A program made the position numbers and the translations under genes. The notes beneath the pieces were generated by a model. It searched no databases, was not told the DNA's origin, and saw only the letters and a list, made by a program, of their open reading frames with translations. From Candidatus Bathyarchaeota archaeon (GTDB lineage Archaea; Thermoproteota; Bathyarchaeia; 40CM-2-53-6), in NCBI GenBank assembly GCA_963845275.1, contig CAWJRR010000008.1, positions 3,129-67,128 of the forward strand: a DNA stretch of 64,000 nucleotides, written 5' to 3'. Shown here piece after piece: positions 37,097-46,230 of the stretch. Within the stretch, counting starts at the first letter, position 1; every line of letters begins with the position of its first letter.

Positions 37097-38068
37097 TTAG
37101 TCTTTACCCTGAAGGTTACGGGCGATGCAGCGAAACCCAAGATGCGACATCCCAGAATCGATCATTTGTGGTTGTCGCGCGGCGGGCCTGTAACGTAAAC
37201 AGTAATTTGGCGCACACAGGTGCGAACCCCCCTTGACCACTTTTCGCGGTATCCTGAATTGTGGTTGTCCTGGATCGTAGCTTGCGTCGGGCCGGATTAT
37301 GCGAGGATTCTTAGCGAGCGTGCAACATGACTTGAACCCCTCTGCTCGTTCATCGAGATGGGGGACATACCAGTCGCTTGTCCATTCCCATACGTTTCCA
37401 GCCATATCATACAGACCATAACCGTTCGGGTCGAAGGATCCTACGGGTGACGTGCCTTCATATTTGTCTATGAGCAGATTCTGCCATGGGAATTCTCCTT
37501 GCCAAGTGTTTGCCTTAGGTGCCGTGGTCTGCACATCTTCATCGCCCCAGGTGAATTTCGCTCCGTTTAACCCGCCGCGCGCGGCAAATTCCCATTCGGC
37601 CTCTGTAGGCAACTCTTTACCCGCCCACTTTGCATAAGCCTCCGCATCCTCATACGCTACATGAACAACTGGATGCTTTTCCATTCCTTGAATTGAACTC
37701 TTAGTACCCGATGGGTGACGCCAGTTTGCTCCAGGCGTCCAGGCCCACCAGTTCGCGTAATTCTTTAGATCAACAGGACCATTTGATTTTCGAAATACCA
37801 TGGCGCCGGGCACAAGATTTTCGGCGGGCGCTCCTGGAAAATCGTTCGGATTAAGTGGCCTCTCTGCAACAGTGACGTATCCGATTTCATTTACGAATCT
37901 TTCAAACTGCTCGTTTGTCACCTCGTATTTATCTATCCAGAAACCGTCGACGCTGACCTCGTGAACGGGTCGTTCCTCGGGATAGAAATCGTTTGAACCC
38001 ATGAGGAACGTCCCTCCTGGAATCCAGATCATGTTCAACTTCTCAGGTTTGTTGATTGAAGACGTCAA
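37097..38068 (-). CDS. Formylglycine-generating enzyme (FGE/SUMF1 family)
   Basis: 323-aa ORF. It has WIPGGTFLMGS...RPVHEVSVDGFWIDKYEVTNEQF, GNVWEWTSDW and a C-terminal Cys pair (LCAPNYCLRYR). Confidence 0.85.
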   Translation of the reverse strand: MTSSINKPEKLNMIWIPGGTFLMGSNDFYPEERPVHEVSVDGFWIDKYEVTNEQFERFVNEIGYVTVAERPLNPNDFPGAPAENLVPGAMVFRKSNGPVDLKNYANWWAWTPGANWRHPSGTKSSIQGMEKHPVVHVAYEDAEAYAKWAGKELPTEAEWEFAARGGLNGAKFTWGDEDVQTTAPKANTWQGEFPWQNLLIDKYEGTSPVGSFDPNGYGLYDMAGNVWEWTSDWYVPHLDERAEGFKSCCTLAKNPRIIRPDASYDPGQPQFRIPRKVVKGGSHLCAPNYCLRYRPAARQPQMIDSGMSHLGFRCIARNLQGKD

Positions 38069-38191
38069 TTTGCATCAACCCTATAGTGCATCAAGTGTTC
38101 TACATTGAAAATGTTCAGAAAGAAAAAGAAGACTGGAGAACGCGCCTAGATCTCGGCGCGTTCTTTCACTTCACCTTACCGTTAACTACCT

Positions 38192-39715
38192 TTACTTGAC
38201 GCCGCCACCGGAAGCAGATGCAAGAAGGTCATGCTTTTGTCGTGCCCGCTCTAGAGCGTCGCCGATGCTGAAGCTAGAGGGTTTTTGACGTGGCGGGAAC
38301 GCTTCGAACGTTTTGAGGAACTGTCCTACTATGGCTTGGGCTGGCACTAGAAGGAAGACACGATCGCAGAACCATTTGTTCAAGAACATGTCCCCATCCT
38401 CATCGTCCATCTCGAACGGGTTGCTGCGCAGGTTCATGATCAGCGGTACGCGCAATTGGACAAGGGGTTCCGCCCAGACGTGAAAACCGTGGGCACGTTG
38501 TACCATGAAATGGATCTTCCAGTTTCCGTATCGCAGAGCCATGAGTTCGCCGTCGTCACTCCAGTAGAGGAATCCTGGTCGCGGATTCGACTTCACTTCG
38601 CCTTTCCAGAATGGCATTAGGTTGTAGCCATCGAGGTGGACTTTGAAGGTCTTATTGTCTGCCTTGTAACCTTGCTTGAGTTTTTCGACAATGTTCGGTT
38701 CACCGGCTGCAGCCACAAGCGTGGGCAGCATGTCGTTGTGGGCGAAGATTTCGTTACTGACGGTACCGGGTTTGATTACGCCTGGCCAACGGATAAAGCA
38801 TGGCACACGCCAGCCTCCTTCCCAGTTAGTGTCCTTCTCACCTCGGAACGGTGTGACACCACCATCGGGCCAAGTCATTTCTTCGGCGCCGTTGTCGGTG
38901 GCGTACATGACGATAGTATTGTTCGCGATGCCTAACTGATCGATCTTGGCGAGCAATTGTCCGACCATGCCGTCGTGCTCGACCATACCGTCAGCTTCGA
39001 TACCCAAACCTGTCTTTCCAACTGACGCTGGCTTCAGGTGGGTGAATATGTGCATGCGAGTTGAGTTGAACCAGCAGAAGAATGGTTTGCCTTCCTTGGT
39101 TGCCTTATCGATGAACTTCATTGCGCCGTCCAGGAACTCTTCGTCAATGGTCTCCATGCGCTTCATGGTCATGGGGCCGGTGTTCTCGATCTTCTGAGTA
39201 CCATCCGGCATAGCCCAGCTATGCAGCACACCACGCGGACCGAAATTCTTCTTGAAGTTAGGATATTCTGACTCCTTCGGGTAATCAGGACATTCTGGCT
39301 CTTGTTCAGCGTTCAGGTGGTAGAGGTTACCGAAAAATTCGTCGAAGCCGTGAACAGTGGGCAGGAACTCGTCGCGGTCGCCCACGTGGTTCTTTCCGAA
39401 CTGGCCGCACACGTAGCCCTGAGGCTTGAGCATTTCCGCGATTGTGGGGTCCTCCGGTTGCAGGCCTAGTTTTGCACCCGGCAGACCAACCTTCGTAAGG
39501 CCAGTGCGGATGGGTGATTGGCCTGTGATGAAGGCGGCGCGGCCGGCGGTGCAGCTCTGCTGCCCGTACCAGTCAGTAAACATCGCCCCTTCATGAGCGA
39601 CTCGATCGATGTTAGGTGTACGATATCCCATGATTCCGTGATTGTAAGCGCTAATGTTGAACCAGCCAATATCGTCTCCCCAAATTATCAGAATATTCGG
39701 TTTCTTATCAGGCAA
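38192..39715 (-). CDS. Sulfatase, Cys-type with a C-T-A-G-R formylglycine motif, no signal peptide
   Basis: 507-aa ORF. It has NILIIWGDDIGW, QQSCTAGRAAFITGQ (Cys codon at 39551-39553) and TDNGAE. Confidence 0.85.
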   Translation of the reverse strand: MPDKKPNILIIWGDDIGWFNISAYNHGIMGYRTPNIDRVAHEGAMFTDWYGQQSCTAGRAAFITGQSPIRTGLTKVGLPGAKLGLQPEDPTIAEMLKPQGYVCGQFGKNHVGDRDEFLPTVHGFDEFFGNLYHLNAEQEPECPDYPKESEYPNFKKNFGPRGVLHSWAMPDGTQKIENTGPMTMKRMETIDEEFLDGAMKFIDKATKEGKPFFCWFNSTRMHIFTHLKPASVGKTGLGIEADGMVEHDGMVGQLLAKIDQLGIANNTIVMYATDNGAEEMTWPDGGVTPFRGEKDTNWEGGWRVPCFIRWPGVIKPGTVSNEIFAHNDMLPTLVAAAGEPNIVEKLKQGYKADNKTFKVHLDGYNLMPFWKGEVKSNPRPGFLYWSDDGELMALRYGNWKIHFMVQRAHGFHVWAEPLVQLRVPLIMNLRSNPFEMDDEDGDMFLNKWFCDRVFLLVPAQAIVGQFLKTFEAFPPRQKPSSFSIGDALERARQKHDLLASASGGGVK

Positions 39716-39875
39716 AATATATCGGAGGCTATACAGTTATCTAGCAATATAAGTATGTGATTGACCTTGAGAGAAGTGACGATAATACCCTGAAATTCAC
39801 GAAATGTCTCCATCTACAAAACAATACATGCTCACGATGTATTCTGAATCCTTAAAGACACGGCTTGCGATGTAG

Positions 39876-42248
39876 ATGCCAGTGTTGATTATGTCAAAGA
39901 TGGTTGAGTATAAGCCAGGAACTGCGTTCCCCGGTGTGATAGGACGGACGTGGGATCAATCTAGTCCGGCTTGGCCGGCACCTCTCCGCGCTAAACCGGG
40001 CGCGCCTAATGTGCTGTTCATAATTCTTGATGATACAGGTTTTGGACATCTGGGCTGTTTTGGTGGCCTCGTCCAGACGCCGAACTTGGACGCGCTTGCC
40101 GCGAACGGCCTCCGTTATAATAATATGCACACCACGGCGCTATGCTCGCCCACCCGAACCTGCATCATAACTGGACGCAATCATCACTCAAACGGAATGG
40201 CATGCATCACTGAAGGATCCACCGGCTATCCGGGTTACAACGGTAACATCCCGTTCGAGAACGGGTTACTGCCCGAAATGCTATTGCAATATGGCTACAA
40301 CACCTACGCCCTCGGCAAATGGCACATGACCCCCGCCGACCAAATATCTGCGGCCGGCCCATATGATCGCTGGCCACTCGGCCGCGGCTTCGAGCATTAC
40401 TACGGCTTCCTAGGCGGCGACACGAACCAGTGGTATCCGGAGCTTACACGCGACAATCATAGTGTCACACCGCCGAAGACACCCGAAGAAGGCTACCATC
40501 TAACACCTGACCTAGTCGATAATGCAATCAGCTTCATAGTCTCCGCCAAGCAAGTAGCTCCGAACAAACCGTTCTTCATGTACTTCTGCACCGGCACCGC
40601 GCACGCCCCGCACCATGTACCCAAGGAATGGGCTGACAAGTACAAGGGCAAATTTGACGACGGCTGGGACGCTTATCGCGAGAAAGTGTTCGCTAACCAG
40701 AAGAAGATGGGTATCGTTCCCGCGAACGCTGAACTCTCACGCCATGACCCGGACGTACAGGACTGGAACAAACTCAAACCAGAAGAGAAGAAACTCTATG
40801 CTCGCATGATGGAGGTCTTCGCAGGCTTCCTCACCCACGCCGACTACCACATCGGTCGACTCCTCGACTTCCTGAAGACCATTGGTGAGTATGAGAACAC
40901 GCTCATCATGGTCCTATCGGACAACGGCGCCAGCGCAGAAGGCGGACCCACCGGCTCGATCAACGAGAACCGCTTCTTCAACAACGTGCCGGATTCGCTC
41001 GAGGATAACTTGAAGGCGATTGATAAGATCGGCGGAACCGAAACATACAACCATTATGCATGGGGCTGGACCTTCGCGGGCAACACGCCGTTCCGCCGCT
41101 GGAAACGTGAAACCTACCGTGGAGGGGTGAGCGATCCATTCATCGTCCACTGGCCCAAGGGCATCAAGGCGAAGGGCGAAGTACGAACACAGTACGCTCA
41201 CGCAATTGACATGGTACCGACCGTCCTTGAAGCGTTAGGAATCGAACCGCCATCCACCATCAAGGGTGTCACCCAGTCGCCTATCCAAGGCGTCAGTTTT
41301 GCTCATACTTTCGATGATGCGAAGGCGCCCAGTAAACACATCACACAATACTTTGAGATGATGGGGCATCGTTCCATCTATCATGATGGGTGGCGCGCTG
41401 TCTGCCCGTGGCCGGGTCCATCATTCACGGAGGCTGGCAAAGGGTTCGGCGCACCGATCCCCGCTGATATGCTGACTGAGCTAGATGCAAAGCATTGGGA
41501 GCTGTATCATGTGGCAGAGGATTTCGCCGAGAACCATAATGTTGCTGAAGAGAACCGACCAAAACTTATCGAAATGGTAAGTGCGTGGTACGTTGAGGCG
41601 GGTAAGTACAATGTGCTTCCGGTAGATGGTCGCGGAACTTTACGGATGGTTGACCCGCGCCCGGAAATCGCGGTCGATCGTTCAAGCTACACCTACTATC
41701 CGAACTCGGAGCCAGTGCCAACGAATGCGGCTGTTAAAGTGCTTAACCGTTCGCACACCATTACCGCGGACGTCGAGATTCCGAAGGGTGGAGCGGAAGG
41801 AGTACTCCTTATGCATGGTGGCAGCGACGGAGGCTACTCTTTCTACGTGAAGGATGGCAAGCTGCACTACGTCCACAACTACGTGTCGAAGACTCGTTAT
41901 ACTTTCTCGTCTACTACATCTGTGCCAGAGGGCCGTCACAAACTCGCCTACCAGTTCCAGGTTACCGGCAAGCCTGACATAGCGCACGGTAAAGGCACGC
42001 CGGGTCGCGGACAATTATTCATCGACGGAAAGCAGGTCGGACAGGCTGATATACCGATTACGAGTCCTCTCGCCCTCGGACTGAGTAGCGGCTTAGTCTG
42101 CGGAGAAAATCCAGGATCACCAGTCACCCCTGACTATGAATCGCCGTTCAAATTCACGGGCACAATCTACGGCGTGACGGTCGACGTGACCGGAGAACAC
42201 GTTAGGGACCCAGAGGCCGAGCACCGCGCAATCATGGCGCGCCAGTAA
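39876..42248 (+). CDS. Arylsulfatase, Cys-type, ~790-aa class, no signal peptide
   Basis: 790-aa ORF. It has NVLFIILDDTGFG, TTALCSPTRTCIITGRNHH and SDNGAS. The C-terminal domain is colinear with the other long sulfatases. Confidence 0.85.
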   Translation: MPVLIMSKMVEYKPGTAFPGVIGRTWDQSSPAWPAPLRAKPGAPNVLFIILDDTGFGHLGCFGGLVQTPNLDALAANGLRYNNMHTTALCSPTRTCIITGRNHHSNGMACITEGSTGYPGYNGNIPFENGLLPEMLLQYGYNTYALGKWHMTPADQISAAGPYDRWPLGRGFEHYYGFLGGDTNQWYPELTRDNHSVTPPKTPEEGYHLTPDLVDNAISFIVSAKQVAPNKPFFMYFCTGTAHAPHHVPKEWADKYKGKFDDGWDAYREKVFANQKKMGIVPANAELSRHDPDVQDWNKLKPEEKKLYARMMEVFAGFLTHADYHIGRLLDFLKTIGEYENTLIMVLSDNGASAEGGPTGSINENRFFNNVPDSLEDNLKAIDKIGGTETYNHYAWGWTFAGNTPFRRWKRETYRGGVSDPFIVHWPKGIKAKGEVRTQYAHAIDMVPTVLEALGIEPPSTIKGVTQSPIQGVSFAHTFDDAKAPSKHITQYFEMMGHRSIYHDGWRAVCPWPGPSFTEAGKGFGAPIPADMLTELDAKHWELYHVAEDFAENHNVAEENRPKLIEMVSAWYVEAGKYNVLPVDGRGTLRMVDPRPEIAVDRSSYTYYPNSEPVPTNAAVKVLNRSHTITADVEIPKGGAEGVLLMHGGSDGGYSFYVKDGKLHYVHNYVSKTRYTFSSTTSVPEGRHKLAYQFQVTGKPDIAHGKGTPGRGQLFIDGKQVGQADIPITSPLALGLSSGLVCGENPGSPVTPDYESPFKFTGTIYGVTVDVTGEHVRDPEAEHRAIMARQ

Positions 42249-42412
42249 AACAAGGACGAAGGCCTACCTAAAATCGATCCCATGACCTCTAGGAGTCAGC
42301 TAAGGTCAGCAAGACACACAGAGGTCTACGACTACGGACAAGCGACATACGGCAAACCATATAACTTGTTGAACACAGCATCCGACGCACATTCTACAGG
42401 ATTTGGAGTCGC

Positions 42413-43201
42413 ATGAATTTCTGGGATCTCCCCCTCTTCACTCTCAGCTTTACAACCTTCACCATAGTTGACCTCCTGGCTGCGACAACAAATGCGTTCA
42501 ACGGTGCACTGCTCTGTCGAAGCCCCTCTCATTATCGCAATTATACTAGTCGTTGGAATCATCTTGATGGCTTTGCTTGGGCGGAATCGGCGGAGGAGTA
42601 TCCCGTGACGTTCTCCTGAATAAGATTCCGTCAGCCTTCACTAATCCGCTGTACGTTTTGCTGTGTGTCGTAGCAGCCAATCATTGCTTTGCAGATACAC
42701 TATAGGACTGGCCAGGCGTTCCGTGAGGGATTGTTCACGTTCATGACCGCTTTCTCCTTGCCCTGGTATGCGGTGGTTGGATGTGATGCGGCTTTGAGAG
42801 CAGGTCTCCCAGCCTTGGCGGCGATCGTTATCGGAATTGTTGGACCGACTGCTGGACGATACTTCATCGACATAACCTCGGGTGTAACACCGACGCATTT
42901 CGTGAGAGGGCGAATGGTTTGTGGGCACAGCCGTCCTAACAAGCGCTGTTTACGTTGTTTGCTATTGGTCTGGGACTTTCTTTAGTTCCGGCGAGTCTCA
43001 TCTCCTTCGCCGTAGGATTCACGTTCCGCCTCACCGCGCTGCACAAGGGCTGGGAGGAACCTGAGCCGATAGACCAGCCGCAAAAAGCCCGAACCCCCAA
43101 CAGAAACCCTAGGCACCCCGAAGGAAGAATTGGAAAAGCTAGAGAAGGCGAGAAAGGAAGAGCTAGAGAAGGAGAGGGCGGCTGGAAAAACAGGAGAATA
43201 A
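42413..43201 (+). pseudogene. UPF0126/TRIC-like membrane protein, heavily frameshifted
   Basis: Family-like peptides are readable only by hopping frames: IVDLLAATTNAFNGALLCRS / IIAIILVVGIILMALLG / GGIGGGVSRDVLLNKIPSAF..VVAA / IIALQIHY..AVVGCDAALRAGLPALAAIVIGIVGPTAGRYFIDI / GEWFVGTAVLTSAVYVV / FAIGLGLSLVPASLISFAVGFTFRLTALHKGWEEPEP / KKPEPPTE..EELEKLEKARKEELEKERAAGKTGE-stop (43199-43201). Confidence 0.65.
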
Positions 43202-43204
43202 TGC

Positions 43205-43795
43205 ATGAGCAGTAGTGACGCGAAGTCTGGAAAGGCGCAAAGAAAGACGTGGTTGCCCTATCTCATTCGCGGAATACTGGGCATAATCATCGCCGTCAAC
43301 TTGATTCAGTTCGTTTTCATCCGGGAAAAAGGCCCCAACTTTCCATTCTACATGGGACTGTTCTTCCTCTTCAACGGTATCCTCAGCTTCAAGGAAGCCC
43401 GAGCGGAACCCGTCAAGAGTACCGGGTTAATCCTAGCTGCATTAGCCAGCATTATCGGCGGCCTAGTCTTATTCATCGTCTACCCGTTCTCTCCCTTTCG
43501 TCAAACGTTAGTAACAACTGACCTCGGCAGGTATTCGTTGGGCGCGATTGTGATCATTATCGGCTTACTACAAATGGGAGGGACATTGCACATAACCCCC
43601 GAGCCAGTACTGAAACAAGCCCATCTCGTATTCGGTTTCTTGGAAGTGATGCTGGGCATCGCAGTCATCGCCTCATCCATCGAGGTAGCGGTCATTATTG
43701 GATTCGTTTGGGTAATTCTTGTCGCAGTATACATGTTCTACGTGGTGCATCGTCTCCGCACGTCACTGATAGGTTCCGCGATGGCGAAATCATAA
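43205..43795 (+). CDS. DUF308/HdeD-like integral membrane protein
   Basis: 196-aa ORF with six hydrophobic helices and the RGILGIIIAV pattern. Confidence 0.5.
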   Translation: MSSSDAKSGKAQRKTWLPYLIRGILGIIIAVNLIQFVFIREKGPNFPFYMGLFFLFNGILSFKEARAEPVKSTGLILAALASIIGGLVLFIVYPFSPFRQTLVTTDLGRYSLGAIVIIIGLLQMGGTLHITPEPVLKQAHLVFGFLEVMLGIAVIASSIEVAVIIGFVWVILVAVYMFYVVHRLRTSLIGSAMAKS

Positions 43796-44238
43796 ATCAC
43801 AATTTAATCGATGAATCATCCTGCGGTCCATAGCCGCTATCGCTTGATAGGGCGGGGAGTGTTTTGGAGTTCTGAAGGTGCCTGAGGAACGTGTACAAGT
43901 GGTCAGATAGGGAACATTACATAGGGCGCTCCGCTATTGCGAGGTGTGCTCGCGGTGGTGAATTCGAATGGCAAAAAGTAGTTTTTGGCATTGGCGCCGC
44001 GAAGGTAACGTTCAATACTCAAAAGAGGAAAAATCTGCAGAGAATCATTAAGCTGCATGAGAAAACCGCCGCCTTTCACAGCGGCAATTCAGGCGGGGAT
44101 AAAATTCAATCTACCGTCCCCGAGAATTTCCTGTGTTTCTTCCGTACGTAATTCTTGCCCGATCAGATCCAATAACTCATGGTCTTAGAATTTGTAATCT
44201 ATAGGGGCATCTATAAGTCGGGGCCACTATTACAGCCC

Positions 44239-44610
44239 ATGTCGGATCGAACATTCCTGTGCAACTGCCAAAAGTGCGGAACCGAATTCGAATTTACAGG
44301 AACCTATGAGAAATTCAATGAATTCATGGATTCAAAGAACTTCAGTTGCCCAAGTGGCCATAAAGAAAACAGTCGTCCGCGAGCTTTTCTCAAGGTGACA
44401 AAGATGAGTGAACCTCAACCAACCGTAGAGTGGAAACCAGCTGAAGGCAGAATTTACGTAAATGTTCTCGACTATCAAACCGCCCGAATCCGAGGAATGC
44501 AATTAGATCACCTTGGTTCAGGGCTGTACATTGATCGACGAACACGAAAGAAATACGACTACGAAGAGGACGCGAAAGGAATCCGACACTACTTCGAAGT
44601 CATAGCTTGA
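44239..44610 (+). CDS. Hypothetical Cys-containing protein
   Basis: ATG at 44239 (MSDRTFLCNCQKCGTEFEF....FSCPSGH) is preferred over the listed start at 44179. Confidence 0.4.
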   Translation: MSDRTFLCNCQKCGTEFEFTGTYEKFNEFMDSKNFSCPSGHKENSRPRAFLKVTKMSEPQPTVEWKPAEGRIYVNVLDYQTARIRGMQLDHLGSGLYIDRRTRKKYDYEEDAKGIRHYFEVIA

Positions 44611-44742
44611 TCACAGCGTTCAAGAACATACCTGATCCCTAGTCACCCATTCAAGTCGGCCAATTACGCCGATTAAAGTGAGGACCGCTAGGGAATTGCT
44701 TTTTTGGGCTATCTTGCGTAGCGTGGTGGTGAGCGCGCGACG

Positions 44743-45999
44743 TCAGGGGCGACGCGGATTCTTGTTCACAAGCGAGGAAACCGAGCATTGAACGATCGTT
44801 GATGAAGTTGCAAAGGCAAAGCGTGGGTATGGTTGCTGCGAGCCTTTTAGCACTCCAGCTCCAACCCAGGTCACGTAACTCATATCCTTAGCGAATTGAG
44901 TCAAGTCCTTGAATGCTCCGTTCTGGTACGAGAGGAGCATTCCTCCGTGCAACTTTGAATATCCGCCAAAAATCCAGGAAGAGTGGGTAAACGCAAGTGT
45001 GAGTATACTCGAAGTTTGCGTTCTGACGTACGATGGCAGTGATTGTGATAGGTCTGCGAATCCGAATGAGGAATAGGTTATCGCCCATGCTCTACCAGGA
45101 AGAAGTTGAGCTACAGGAGGACCGCCAGCCAGCATCCACTCGTAACCATCCCACGCCATCGCGTTAACAGTAAAGTCCGCACCCAGCCGCGAATTTAACC
45201 CAGACGTCAAATCAACGAAGTTGCGGCCATCATAGCTGGCCAGAAAGTTGACACCGCCAATTAACCAGTACCGCCCGTTCCATCCAATCGCTTGGACAGG
45301 CCCGAACGTTCGGAGACTCTTTACAGCATGAGTAGTCAGATCAGTAGGCTTGGCGCCATCGAAAGAGAACAGTACCCTGCGGAAGCGACCGTATCCACCG
45401 CCCACTAACCAATACTTGCCGTTCCATGCGTTCGCGTAAAGGATCGCGTCATCCTGCCTTGGAACCAAAGCGGATAGGTCAGTGAAATGGTACCCGTCGA
45501 ATGTTCCTAGCGACATGTGATTGAACGCTTGCTTTGACACGCCGGGCAGAGCGTCAGAGCCTAGACCTGAAAGTAGCCAATGCCTGCCGTTATAGCTGGC
45601 GCTGAATACGTCTCCGCCACTCCAGGAACCTGCTTGCCCGTAATTATCAAGCGAACCCTCAGCTACGACGTTCATGCCATCATACAAACAGACATACGGC
45701 CCAAGGGAAGCATCATCGCTACCCCATCCGGAAATCAACCATTGTGAACCATTCCAGCCCCCACCCCACACAGTGCCTTCACTTGAAACGGGAGCCAGCT
45801 TTGTGACGGAGTAATCTGAGAGCAGGATCCTGTACAGCCTAGGCGCCTGACCGCGCTTGAACCAAGTCCCATTCTGACCACCAACTAGAATATACTGACT
45901 TTCTGATTGAATCGGTATTCCACCGGATGGAGAACCTTGAGCGATTGAGAACACGGTGACTGCCGTCACGATAAGAAGAATCGCAACGATCAGAAGCAT
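44743..45999 (-). CDS. N-anchored beta-propeller-like repeat protein (WNG..WL.GG blades)
   Basis: 418-aa ORF with a TM anchor. Blades recur about every 50-60 aa: GGGWNGSQWLISGWG, SYNGRHWLLSGLG, AWNGKYWLVGGGYG, GWNGRYWLIGGVN and AWDGYEWMLAGG. Each is followed by ..(Y/F)DG..F.DL(S/T). Confidence 0.6.
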   Translation of the reverse strand: MLLIVAILLIVTAVTVFSIAQGSPSGGIPIQSESQYILVGGQNGTWFKRGQAPRLYRILLSDYSVTKLAPVSSEGTVWGGGWNGSQWLISGWGSDDASLGPYVCLYDGMNVVAEGSLDNYGQAGSWSGGDVFSASYNGRHWLLSGLGSDALPGVSKQAFNHMSLGTFDGYHFTDLSALVPRQDDAILYANAWNGKYWLVGGGYGRFRRVLFSFDGAKPTDLTTHAVKSLRTFGPVQAIGWNGRYWLIGGVNFLASYDGRNFVDLTSGLNSRLGADFTVNAMAWDGYEWMLAGGPPVAQLLPGRAWAITYSSFGFADLSQSLPSYVRTQTSSILTLAFTHSSWIFGGYSKLHGGMLLSYQNGAFKDLTQFAKDMSYVTWVGAGVLKGSQQPYPRFAFATSSTIVQCSVSSLVNKNPRRP

Positions 46000-46230
46000 G
46001 AGAGACGAAATTGATCGCGTTCTTAGTACACCCGATCCGCAGCGAGAGAGCGATTAATGATCGATCTTGCAGTTCACATTTAGTTCTTTCCATAAGACTA
46101 GGTTCAATTTGCTCCAATAATCTGAGGCGACAATTCTACCGCGAACAAGATAGGGCAACGACTTTCTACCGTCTATATTACGCATTAAAGGAAAAGAAGG
46201 GCGCTACGGGCCGCCCTTTCGTTAGATCTC

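Noticed and set aside
42955-43215. 86-aa Gly/Arg/Glu-rich ORF as an independent gene
   Set aside because: Its first part is the last TM segment of the UPF0126-like pseudogene. Its tail is that gene's EELEKLEKARKEELEKE C-terminus read in the wrong frame.
43891-44151. 86-aa ORF and a minus-strand fragment (..ELLDLIGQELRTEETQEILGDGRLNFIPA)
   Set aside because: There are no recognisable motifs and no clear start. It may be a degraded gene remnant, but I cannot support a call.
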